A stretch of 64,000 nt of DNA from positions 14,971 through 78,970 of the forward strand of contig CAYQVW010000004.1 of the NCBI GenBank assembly GCA_964421245.1, read 5' to 3'. A program made the translations under genes and the position numbers. Position 1 is the first letter of the stretch. Every line of letters starts with the position of its first letter. The DNA is from an uncultured bacterium (GTDB taxonomy: Bacteria > Margulisbacteria > WOR-1 > XYC2-FULL-46-14). Positions 21,260 through 30,305 of the stretch are shown piece by piece. The notes beneath the pieces were generated by a model, which was not told the DNA's origin, searched no databases, and saw only the letters and a program-made list of their open reading frames with translations.

Positions 21260-22216
21260 TTACTTCTTATTAATCGAACAGATCATTGGGCCATCGCCTG
21301 CCTCGCCGCTGGCTCTGCAAGGCGGGCATTTTTCGCACTCAAATTCAATTGTGGCATGCTCAATGTGAAATTCCTGACGTAGTATCTCCTTCACCCTGCG
21401 TGCAACATTGCTGCAATCAGAGACCATCAAGTCCTCAACTAAGATATGAGCAGAAAGAGCCCGAAGACCAGAAGTAATAGTCCAAACATGGATATCATGA
21501 ACATCTCTTATCCCCGAAATATCTCTTTTAATACAATCAATTATTTTTTTAATATCAACATCCTTTGGAGTTGCCTCAAGTAAAACATCAACTGATTCAA
21601 AAACCAGCCTTAACGCTCCACGAAGGATTACTAAAGCAATTACAAAACCAATTATCGGATCAACCAGATAAAAACCGGTAAAATATATAATAGCTGCAGC
21701 AATAATTACACCAACTGATGATAGGGCATCGGATATTACATGCCAGAGCGCTCCCTGGACATTTAAATTATCCTTCCCTCCGTGGCTTAAAACAAAGGCG
21801 GCTATCAGATTTGCAACCAAACCAATAACCGCCACAACCATCATCAATCCGCCCTCAACTGGTTGTGGGTTTATTATCCGCAAGATCGCTTGGTAGAATA
21901 TAAATCCGGCAATTGCGACCAGGACAGAACCGTTCAGCAGGGCCGAAAGAATCTCAACCCGATAAAAACCAAAAGTTTTTTCATGGGTAGCTGGTCGACG
22001 TGAAAACCACAAGGCAAACAAGGCCAACGCTAGGGCTCCAGCATCAGTTAACATGTGTCCAGCATCAGAGAGAAGCGCCAAACTACCAGAAACATATCCG
22101 CCAATGACTTCTACTAAAATCATTGAGGAGGTTATGAAGAACGCAAAGAAAAGTGCTTTCTTGTTCTTTTCAAAATCCATTACGTGGGATAAATGTTCGT
22201 GCTTGTGATGGGTCAT
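21260..22216 (-). CDS. cation diffusion facilitator family transporter (CzcD/ZitB-like) with a Cys-rich C-terminal tail
   Basis: 318 aa with six TM helices, HMLTDAGA and HVISDALSS motifs, and a tail FECEKCPPCRASGEAGDGPMIC. Confidence 0.88.
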   Translation of the reverse strand: MTHHKHEHLSHVMDFEKNKKALFFAFFITSSMILVEVIGGYVSGSLALLSDAGHMLTDAGALALALFALWFSRRPATHEKTFGFYRVEILSALLNGSVLVAIAGFIFYQAILRIINPQPVEGGLMMVVAVIGLVANLIAAFVLSHGGKDNLNVQGALWHVISDALSSVGVIIAAAIIYFTGFYLVDPIIGFVIALVILRGALRLVFESVDVLLEATPKDVDIKKIIDCIKRDISGIRDVHDIHVWTITSGLRALSAHILVEDLMVSDCSNVARRVKEILRQEFHIEHATIEFECEKCPPCRASGEAGDGPMICSINKK

Positions 22217-22220
22217 AAAT

Positions 22221-22475
22221 TTATTTTTTCCAGCGTTTTAAGTTAGGTAGGGTATTCTTGGCCAACTGACGGGCTTTTGCTTCATCAATTCCCATCTTTT
22301 TGGCTATTTCGATATTTTTTTCAATTTTCTGTTCAAGAGTTATTCCTTCATCTTTAAACTTCCCATTTTCAAAACAGAATTTACAGTATTCTTCACTCTT
22401 TGAGCCGTCCGCATTAGTTCCCTTATCATAATCAGATCGAAGCGGCATTGCGCAACTTTGACAAACACTTGCCAT
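22221..22475 (-). CDS. putative zinc-ribbon domain protein
   Basis: 84 aa with CQSCAMPL ... YCKFCF, the common small zinc-ribbon family. It lies 4 nt upstream of the CDF gene. Confidence 0.7.
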   Translation of the reverse strand: MASVCQSCAMPLRSDYDKGTNADGSKSEEYCKFCFENGKFKDEGITLEQKIEKNIEIAKKMGIDEAKARQLAKNTLPNLKRWKK

Positions 22476-22491
22476 AATCCTATCCTCCTAC

Positions 22492-23742
22492 TTATGGGAT
22501 AACATTTATTACATCATCCCTTATGTTCTTAATTTCCGAAAAACTAGCACCAGAATCAGTACTCTTATATAAAATATACCCTTTTCTGACCGCATATACA
22601 ATAGTATTGTCCGATGGTGCAAAGACAATGTCGTCAATTGTTGTGCTTAGGCCAGAAAGGACTGCAGTCGAACTCGACAATCCATCGATTGAAAGATAAA
22701 GTTTATCGGTTGTCCCATACAAAACCCGATTGGAATCGGACGGAGAAACAGCAATTACATAACAAGAGGTGCCAGTATGAAAACCACTATCCCAGCTGTC
22801 TCCACCATCGGTCGACTTATAGATACTATAGTCATTTGGAACACCGGCATAAATAGCGTTACCATCTGCTGAAAGATCAAAATAGTTAACCCATTTGCTT
22901 TTCAGGGTCGAGCCAAAAGCAGACCAGGTTAATCCGTTATCAGTGCTTTTTAAAAAACCAAGATTTAAACTAGTATCAGTTGCATAGGCATAAGAAAAAC
23001 CAAAGACATATAAATAATCCGAATTGTTTTTATTGCGTTTTAAAATAGAATATTCGTTCTTATCATCATTTGATCCTGCCGATATCTGAGTCCAATTTGC
23101 ACCACCATCAGTTGAGCGAAAAATACCACCATCATAAAATTGGTCGGTCTGTCCCGATACGGTCGAATAACCGCCACTTATTCCAATAACAACAATATCG
23201 GGATCAGTCGGGTCGGAATTTATACAGGTCATCCTGGCATTTTGAAGTTGGTAATTTCTTCTAATCCAACTGGTTCCTGAATCTATACTTTTATAAATTC
23301 CAGAAGCTGCACTGGTTACTGGACCCGGACTTCCAACCGTTGAAATATAAAGAACTTCGGGACTGCTTTGCGCAATAGATATATCATAAACTTCGGGATA
23401 AGTATCCAAACTGCCATGTCTTATCCCAGATCGCAAACGAGTCCAATTTGATCCCCCATCTGTACTCTTCACCAAACCATTCGTTTCTGTGCCTAAATAA
23501 ACAATATTGGGATTAGTCGGATGAACCGATAAGGCCCGAAAAACGCTATCTGGATCCCAAGCAGTAGGAGCAGAAGGTCCAGAAATTATAGTATTTCCAT
23601 TTCCAACATCATTTTCTGGAGCGTTGTCTGGACCAATAACCGTAGTGGTAGTGCTAGATGTTGTTGTGCTTTTCCCACAAGAAAACAAAAAAGCAACAGC
23701 AAAAACAAGAACTAATAGAAATATTGCTGCTTTGTAACGCAT
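22492..23742 (-). CDS. BNR/Asp-box repeat beta-propeller lipoprotein (Ycf48/sialidase-like fold)
   Basis: Lipobox LFSCGK. Six Asp-boxes: STDGGSNWT, SIDSGTSWI, STDGGANWT, STDNGLTWS, STDGGDSWD, STDSGASFS. Confidence 0.8.
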   Translation of the reverse strand: MRYKAAIFLLVLVFAVAFLFSCGKSTTTSSTTTTVIGPDNAPENDVGNGNTIISGPSAPTAWDPDSVFRALSVHPTNPNIVYLGTETNGLVKSTDGGSNWTRLRSGIRHGSLDTYPEVYDISIAQSSPEVLYISTVGSPGPVTSAASGIYKSIDSGTSWIRRNYQLQNARMTCINSDPTDPDIVVIGISGGYSTVSGQTDQFYDGGIFRSTDGGANWTQISAGSNDDKNEYSILKRNKNNSDYLYVFGFSYAYATDTSLNLGFLKSTDNGLTWSAFGSTLKSKWVNYFDLSADGNAIYAGVPNDYSIYKSTDGGDSWDSGFHTGTSCYVIAVSPSDSNRVLYGTTDKLYLSIDGLSSSTAVLSGLSTTIDDIVFAPSDNTIVYAVRKGYILYKSTDSGASFSEIKNIRDDVINVIP

Positions 23743-24873
23743 CTATTTTTTGAATTTAAAATTCTTTTTGGCCGCCTGTTTTCTAACAGCCTTAACCATT
23801 GCAGCATCCAAAGTATCTTGCCCTTTTGAAGCTAATTCCTTCATTTTTACAGCCACATATTTTTTGCGTGCAGTATTGAGTTGTTTAATTTTATTTTGAA
23901 TGTCTGATCGCTTCTTTGTTTCAGCAGCAACATGCTTCTTTCTCTGAGCAACAGTCATCTTTTGCATATTCTTTGGCAACTCTTTTGTTTTAATCTTAGC
24001 TAAGTCTATTTTTTTATCCTTTACCGCATCAACCAAGTCCCAAGAATCGGCCTTATAATATTTTGAAGCTTTGGCAACTGATCTTTGCAAAGAAGAACCA
24101 GGCGCAGCCATTTTTGCATTAAGCTCCTGCTCTGCTTGTCGAGCCGCTCCAGCATACCCCTCTTCCCCATAGGGAATATATGTTTTATTAAGTGCTAATC
24201 CAAGTCTCTCAATCTCTTTATCTTGAGGAGCATCTATATGAATAGCTTTTTTATCCTGGTCAATATTCATATATTCTCCACCGGTAATCATTGCTCCATC
24301 TTTCCACTTGGTATCTACACCACGTTTAAATGGCCCACAAAAAACAGTATTTACTACTATATCGCGACTCTTTGCCAATCCACAGGCATTCTTATATTTT
24401 ACATTGCCTTGAGTAAATTCTTCGTTTCCAGCAATAAAAATAATTTTTAGATCATCTTTATGTTTGCTCCATTTGAGTGATTTGGTTGACTTGTCAATTA
24501 CATAACCGCAATATTCACTACCACCATTGGTATCTAAAGCAAAAAGCTCTTCTGAAATTTTGTCTAAATCATAAGTAAACTGTTTAACCTGTCTAATATA
24601 ACCTTCTCTGGCGCTCAGACTATCATTCCCATATTCATAAAGTGCGACATAAAGCATTGGCTCTTTTCCATTGTGAGATGCATCTGCTAATTCATTAACA
24701 AATTTCCACAATTGCGATTTTGCTTGGTCAATCAGACCATCCATACTGTTTGAGGTATCCAGCAAAAGGGCAATTTGGATCAGGGGGATTCTTTTGTTAG
24801 CAGAAGCAGGTTGGATTGCAAAAGCCGAAAAACAGAAAACGAACAATAAAACGAAGAGGATAAGCCTTTTCAT
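23743..24873 (-). CDS. secreted von Willebrand factor type A domain protein with a Lys-rich C-terminal tail
   Basis: MIDAS motif (LLLDTSNSMDG). Signal peptide MKRLILFVLLFVFCFSAFA. I prefer the ATG at 24873 (AGGAGG 9 nt upstream) over the track start at 24915. Confidence 0.8.
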   Translation of the reverse strand: MKRLILFVLLFVFCFSAFAIQPASANKRIPLIQIALLLDTSNSMDGLIDQAKSQLWKFVNELADASHNGKEPMLYVALYEYGNDSLSAREGYIRQVKQFTYDLDKISEELFALDTNGGSEYCGYVIDKSTKSLKWSKHKDDLKIIFIAGNEEFTQGNVKYKNACGLAKSRDIVVNTVFCGPFKRGVDTKWKDGAMITGGEYMNIDQDKKAIHIDAPQDKEIERLGLALNKTYIPYGEEGYAGAARQAEQELNAKMAAPGSSLQRSVAKASKYYKADSWDLVDAVKDKKIDLAKIKTKELPKNMQKMTVAQRKKHVAAETKKRSDIQNKIKQLNTARKKYVAVKMKELASKGQDTLDAAMVKAVRKQAAKKNFKFKK

Positions 24874-24949
24874 GGTTGGGTACCTCCTGGTAACCCTATT
24901 ATACCCTAAAAACATTGAGATTTTAGTTAAAAATTAACGATAAATATAT

Positions 24950-26368
24950 ATGGAAGGATCAGTAACACTTACAATGTCGGATAAAGATTTTTATAAATTA
25001 CAAAAGAGAATCTTTCGCTATAAAGCATGGGGGATCGGTTTCTATTTTAATCCTAAGACAAAAGCTCCCCATGGCTATACAACCCCAAAAGCAATTTATT
25101 ATCCAGAATGCCGATTTCCTCGCAAAGCATTCAACAAATTAAGCTTTGAAAAATTAAGCTTTGAAGCAAGAAAAAGTTATCCTAAAGATATTATCAAAAA
25201 AAGTCCTTTCTTCAACTTGATGTTATGTCCTAATCTAACTCGTTATTTTAGGAGTCATGAGGTTTTCTGGTTCATGGCAAAACAGGTAGCGGAGCACCCA
25301 CATGTAAAAGCAAATAGAGAGGTAAGACTGCTCTATCCAGGCTCCGGAGCACATATTGCCCCATTAGATCTATTCCACAACCTAATCCAGCAAGGAAAGA
25401 TTGATCGAGCTAGTGCAATATTTACAGAGGTTGATATTAATTCGCTAAGCCGGATCAGGATTCTATTGGACGGATTAGCCTCCAGAGGTATTTATAAAAA
25501 ATTAAAGGAGAAGCCACCTAAAAATCGCCTTGGAGGGAGAAAAACTGTTTTCACTTTTGAATATAAAAACAAACCAATCTCCCTAACTTTTGCATTTAAA
25601 ATGAGTGGAAAAAAATATTATTCGGACAAACAATTAAAAAGGGCTCCAGAGGTAGTAGTAATCCACGACAGCAGCGGCATTTTTGGATCTATGTCTTTTT
25701 CTTTATTAGAGACACTTATCAAATCCATATCAAGCATAAAGGCAATTAAACACCCCCCTCTAATTATTATGGAAAATTTTAATCACGAATATCTATCGGC
25801 AAATAAAGGAACAATAAGCACAGAACCTTATATAGGAAAGAAGGAAGTAATCCCTTTCCCATATGGACACAGAGACAAGAAAACTCTAAAGGTAAAAAAG
25901 CTCCCTTTTATCTTTACTGAGTTGGTCTCCCCTCTTTATGGCTCAGCAATTCTGTATAAACCTGATCTAAAATTTTGGAGATTGTTTTCTCATGCTGAAA
26001 TAGACGCATACTTTGAAACCTTTGACAAATTAGATAAATTAAATAAATATGGAATTATGAGCGAGTTCGAAATTAATATTGACGGGATAACTATCACACT
26101 GCAAAATATAAAAGATAAAGACCCGGTTCTTTCAAAAGTTAATCCGGATAAAATTGTCAAAGGGTTTAAAGAATATTGTCACAATTTCTTTGGCAGAATT
26201 TTTAATCTGATTAATAAGATAAAAAAAGACTGTCCTAAAACCGCATTAATGATAGAAACAAAAGCCAAAAAAGTATTCAAAGAATTAAAGCAAAAATACC
26301 CCTATCTTTCCGATGTAGTAAAAAAGAAATATCCAGATCAGATTAAACACTTGATGAGCAAACACTGA
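24950..26368 (+). CDS. hypothetical protein (472 aa orphan; possible Rossmann/methyltransferase-like core)
   Basis: No family recognised. VRLLYPGSGAHIAP ... IFTEVD weakly resembles SAM-MTase motifs I/II. It contains a 15-bp tandem duplication (NKLSFEKLSFE, about 25135-25164). Confidence 0.55.
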   Translation: MEGSVTLTMSDKDFYKLQKRIFRYKAWGIGFYFNPKTKAPHGYTTPKAIYYPECRFPRKAFNKLSFEKLSFEARKSYPKDIIKKSPFFNLMLCPNLTRYFRSHEVFWFMAKQVAEHPHVKANREVRLLYPGSGAHIAPLDLFHNLIQQGKIDRASAIFTEVDINSLSRIRILLDGLASRGIYKKLKEKPPKNRLGGRKTVFTFEYKNKPISLTFAFKMSGKKYYSDKQLKRAPEVVVIHDSSGIFGSMSFSLLETLIKSISSIKAIKHPPLIIMENFNHEYLSANKGTISTEPYIGKKEVIPFPYGHRDKKTLKVKKLPFIFTELVSPLYGSAILYKPDLKFWRLFSHAEIDAYFETFDKLDKLNKYGIMSEFEINIDGITITLQNIKDKDPVLSKVNPDKIVKGFKEYCHNFFGRIFNLINKIKKDCPKTALMIETKAKKVFKELKQKYPYLSDVVKKKYPDQIKHLMSKH

Positions 26369-26370
26369 AT

Positions 26371-26892
26371 TTATCGCAAAAATCCGATCTTCTTTTTCGG
26401 CTTATTTTTTACTTCAATCAATTTCCTAATCGCATCAAAGACCAATTGAATCTGTGCTTCGTTCTTTTTGAATCGTTTTTCAAATTTATCTTCGAGTTTG
26501 GAAAGTTTTTGGGCTAGGTCTTTGTGGGTTGCTAAAATTTTTCGTAATTTTACAAATGCACGCATCATGGCGATGTTGACCTGAACAGCTCTTTTGCTTT
26601 TTAAGACCGAAGAAAGCATTGCAACTCCTTGTTCGGCAAAGACATATGGCATTTTCCTTCTCCCACCCCGTTTTGATATCGCATTTTGCGACATCAAAGC
26701 ATAAAACTCTTTCTCTGTTAATCGGAACATAAAATCTCCTGGAAATCTGTCTAAATTCCTTTTAACTTGCTCGTTCAACCTGCTCGTTGGTACCTGATAT
26801 AGGGCGGCAAGATCGCTGTCCAACATCACTTTCTGTCCTCTAATCAGATAGATTTTGTTCTCAATTCTCTCAATTGGTACTAAATTACTCAT
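26371..26892 (-). CDS. ORF6N (KilA-N-like) domain DNA-binding protein
   Basis: IENKIYLIRGQKVMLDSDLAALYQVPTSRLNEQVKRNLDRFPGDFMFRLT ... MPYVFAEQGVAMLSSVL is the typical ORF6N block. The ATG at 26892 has GGGGG 7-8 nt upstream; the track start is a GTG at 26901. Confidence 0.8.
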   Translation of the reverse strand: MSNLVPIERIENKIYLIRGQKVMLDSDLAALYQVPTSRLNEQVKRNLDRFPGDFMFRLTEKEFYALMSQNAISKRGGRRKMPYVFAEQGVAMLSSVLKSKRAVQVNIAMMRAFVKLRKILATHKDLAQKLSKLEDKFEKRFKKNEAQIQLVFDAIRKLIEVKNKPKKKIGFLR

Positions 26893-26935
26893 ATTTGTCA
26901 CCCCCTTTATGCTATTACTAGCAATTTTGTCTCCT

Positions 26936-27040
26936 GGGATAGGTGATAGGTTATGGGTGTTAGGTTATAGGAGTTTTTAGTATAAGAACAAGAAAATTGA
27001 TGAGACTATAACCAATAGCCTATCACCTACAACCTAACAA
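26936..27040. repeat. two opposed arrays of five heptads each (consensus about GKKATAG) separated by about 35 bp
   Basis: Left arm: gggatag gtgatag gttatgg gtgttag gttatag (26936-26970). Reverse complement of the right arm (27006-27040): ttgttag gttgtag gtgatag gctattg gttatag. The matching words are out of hairpin register. Confidence 0.8.
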
Positions 27041-27093
27041 GGTGGCGAGATTTCGTACAATTTAAACAAAAAACGTACCGTCATATTTTAAAG

Positions 27094-27184
27094 GTTACGG
27101 GAGGTTACGATAGTTACGAAAAAGTTACGCCAAGTTACAGTAACATACCGTAACTCAACGTAACCTCTCGTAACATTTCGTAAC
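27094..27184. repeat. 5+5 inverted array of GTTACG / CGTAAC hexamers at about 10-bp phasing (iteron- or operator-like)
   Basis: GTTACG/GTTACA at 27094, 27104, 27113, 27124, 27134. GTAAC at 27140, then CGTAAC at 27149, 27159, 27169, 27179. The spacers are not complementary. The array ends 1 nt before the metY stop codon. Confidence 0.9.
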
Positions 27185-27185
27185 T

Positions 27186-28463
<1,278 letters not shown>

Positions 28464-29372
28464 TTAATTTCCCTCCTTAAATAATGGTGTACTTAAATAT
28501 CTTTCTGCCGTATCTGGTAACACGACTACAATAAGTTTATCTTTATTTTCGGGCCTCGCGGCCATATTTTGAGCTGCGACTAGCGCCGCTCCAGATGAGA
28601 TACCGACCATTAGCCCATCTGTCTTTGCAATAGTTCGGGCAGCTTTAAAAGCTGCCCCTCCGTCCACTTTTATAACTTCATCATAAACCTTGGTATTCAA
28701 AACATCCGGAACAAACCCGGCTCCAATTCCCTGAATCTTGTGAGGACCAGGTCCACCACCCGATAAAACTGCGGAATCGGACGGTTCAACTGCAACAATT
28801 TTAATAGATTTCTTCTTCTTTTTCAAAACCTCTCCTACTCCAGTAATTGTTCCACCGGTTCCAATTCCGGCAACAAAAATATCAATTTTTCCATCGGTAT
28901 CTTCCCAGATCTCCTCAGCTGTTGTTGTGCGATGAATCTCTGGATTTGCCGGATTGGTAAATTGCTGCGGCAAAAAATAATTTTTATTCTTCTTTGCTAA
29001 CTCATCAGCCTTATCAATAGCTCCCTTCATCCCCTTTGCCCCTTCGGTTAAAACTAATTCTGCGCCTAAAAACTTTAATAGTGCTCGGCGTTCAATACTC
29101 ATAGTATCGGGCATTGTAAGGATAACTTTATATCCCTTTGCAGCTCCAATCCAAGCTAAGGCAATCCCGGTATTTCCAGAAGTTGGTTCAACAATAACTG
29201 AACCTTTCTTTAATTTTCCATCTTTCTCGGCCGCCTCAATCATTGCTGTTCCAATTCGATCTTTTACCGAACTGGCTGGATTGAAAAACTCCAGCTTTGC
29301 CACGATCCCATCTTTTAGTTTTAAAAGCGGGGTCTTTCCTATTAATTCTGTTAAACTATTTACTACTTTCAT
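28464..29372 (-). CDS. cysK: cysteine synthase (CysK/CysM family)
   Basis: 302 aa with NPASSVKDR (PLP Lys), [10 protein letters not shown] and [10 protein letters not shown]. Confidence 0.92.
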   Translation of the reverse strand: MKVVNSLTELIGKTPLLKLKDGIVAKLEFFNPASSVKDRIGTAMIEAAEKDGKLKKGSVIVEPTSGNTGIALAWIGAAKGYKVILTMPDTMSIERRALLKFLGAELVLTEGAKGMKGAIDKADELAKKNKNYFLPQQFTNPANPEIHRTTTAEEIWEDTDGKIDIFVAGIGTGGTITGVGEVLKKKKKSIKIVAVEPSDSAVLSGGGPGPHKIQGIGAGFVPDVLNTKVYDEVIKVDGGAAFKAARTIAKTDGLMVGISSGAALVAAQNMAARPENKDKLIVVVLPDTAERYLSTPLFKEGN

Positions 29373-29404
29373 TTTGTCCTCCTTTATTTTGATCTCGAAT
29401 CAAA

Positions 29405-29482
29405 ACCCTCACCCATCATATCCATCTTCCCTTCCTTCTTCTACACCCCTCTCCCATTGGGAGAGGGGAAGGGGGTGAGGGT
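29405..29482. repeat. GC-rich nested palindromic element (REP-like) between rrf2 and cysK
   Basis: Outer stem ACCCTCACCC (29405-14) / GGGTGAGGGT (29473-82). Inner stem CCCCTCTCCC (29446-55) / GGGAGAGGGG (29459-68). On the minus strand it is followed by TTTTG. It abuts the rrf2 stop codon. Confidence 0.8.
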
Positions 29483-29935
29483 CTAAATCGAATAATCCAA
29501 ATACTTTTTAGTTTTAGCAATATTCTTTTTCTGTTTCTCTTTCAAATCTTCAAAAGTGATGCCGTCGACCTTTTCAGCAATCATTTTACCAATATCACAA
29601 AAGACTTCACGCAAAACACAACTGCCGGAATAATTACAATTGGTCGGCTTTTGTGAAAAAACACAAGATATTGGCTCAACCGGGCCATCTATAAATCGAA
29701 CAATCTGCCCCAAAGTAATCTGGTTTGGCTTATGGGCCAACACATATCCCCCATTTCGTCCTCGAATGCTTTTAACAAAACCACCTTTCTTTAATTGTAG
29801 AAAAATCTGTTCCAAAAATTTATACGGAATATCCTGCCGTTTTGAAATCTCATCCACACTTTGTGGCTTTTCAAAATAAAAAGAGAGATCTAAAATCGCC
29901 TTAAGTGCATAATCCCCTTTATATGATATTTTCAT
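29483..29935 (-). CDS. Rrf2-family transcriptional regulator (CymR/IscR-like)
   Basis: 150 aa with a winged HTH (YALKAILDLS ... ISKRQDIPYKFLEQIFLQLKKGGFVKSIRGRNGGYVLA) and Cys residues in the C-terminal half. Confidence 0.88.
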   Translation of the reverse strand: MKISYKGDYALKAILDLSFYFEKPQSVDEISKRQDIPYKFLEQIFLQLKKGGFVKSIRGRNGGYVLAHKPNQITLGQIVRFIDGPVEPISCVFSQKPTNCNYSGSCVLREVFCDIGKMIAEKVDGITFEDLKEKQKKNIAKTKKYLDYSI

Positions 29936-29948
29936 TTTTCTCCTTTGT

Positions 29949-30011
29949 CCTCATTCTTACCCTCTCCATTTTTATGGAGAAGGTGTCCCGACAGAGTCGG
30001 GACGGGTGAGG
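29949..30011. repeat. second copy of the GC-rich palindromic element family, in the rrf2 5' untranslated region
   Basis: Outer CCTCA (29949-53) / TGAGG (30007-11). Inner hairpins at 29960-29983 (CCTCTCCAT tttt ATGGAGAAGG) and 29985-30003 (GTCCCGAC aga GTCGGGAC). It shares the CCTCACCC and CTCTCC/GGAGAG words with 29405-29482. Confidence 0.7.
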
Positions 30012-30036
30012 AAAATACTCTACTATCTCTATCGGA

Positions 30037-30066
30037 ATAATAGCATATTAACTTGCATGCTGTCAA
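30037..30066 (-). promoter_or_regulatory. sigma70-like promoter for rrf2-cysK-metY (TTGACA-18-TATTAT)
   Basis: On the minus strand: TTGACAgcatgcaagttaatatgcTATTAT, about 95 nt upstream of the rrf2 ATG. The spacer is itself partly palindromic (GCAT...ATGC). Confidence 0.55.
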
Positions 30067-30084
30067 GGGTTTATTTTTAAATAT

Positions 30085-30276
30085 TTAACCGCCACCAACA
30101 AAAGAGACTATCTCCACCCTATCCTTATCTTTAAGTGAGGCATTTTCTTCACGAGGAATGATTTGACCATTTAATTCAATTACAATATTTCCACGATGCA
30201 GGCTTAATTCATTAATTAATTCTTGAATATTTTTTGATTTTGATTCTTTTTCTTTCCCATTAATAATAAGTTTCAT
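30085..30276 (-). CDS. thiS: ThiS/MoaD-family sulfur carrier protein (ends in GG)
   Basis: MKLIINGKEKE ... ELNGQIIPREENASLKDKDRVEIVSFVGGG. I prefer the ATG at 30276; the track start at 30291 is a GTG within a heptad repeat. Confidence 0.85.
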   Translation of the reverse strand: MKLIINGKEKESKSKNIQELINELSLHRGNIVIELNGQIIPREENASLKDKDRVEIVSFVGGG

Positions 30277-30277
30277 A

Positions 30278-30305
30278 CTATCCCCTATCACCTATACCCT
30301 ATCCC
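30278..30305 (-). repeat. four tandem heptads (GGGATAG GGTATAG GTGATAG GGGATAG) spanning the thiF stop and the thiF-thiS spacer
   Basis: Read on the minus strand. Same consensus as the heptads at 26936-26970. It covers the last four thiF codons, the TAG stop and the SD region of thiS. Confidence 0.8.

Noticed and set aside
25135-25164. 15-bp tandem duplication (aaattaagctttgaa x2) in the 472-aa orphan as a regulatory repeat
   Set aside because: It is in frame, with only two copies inside a coding region (KLSFEKLSFE). It is most simply a small duplication with no evident regulatory role.
27094-27184. Possible CRISPR array, because of regularly spaced repeats
   Set aside because: The repeats are only 6 bp with 3-5-bp spacers, and the orientation inverts halfway. 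No cas genes are present. The geometry fits a protein-binding array, not a CRISPR.
29281-29478. 65-aa plus-strand ORF ending ...TPLSHWERGRG
   Set aside because: It is antisense to the cysK 5' end, and its tail is simply a read-through of the GC-rich palindromic element.
29936-30036. Riboswitch (SAM or other sulfur-metabolite class) in the rrf2-cysK-metY leader
   Set aside because: The fold is a short three-way junction that I cannot match to any known class. Its sequence is related to the palindromic element at 29405-29482, so a REP-like repeat is the more economical explanation. I kept it only as a low-confidence finding.
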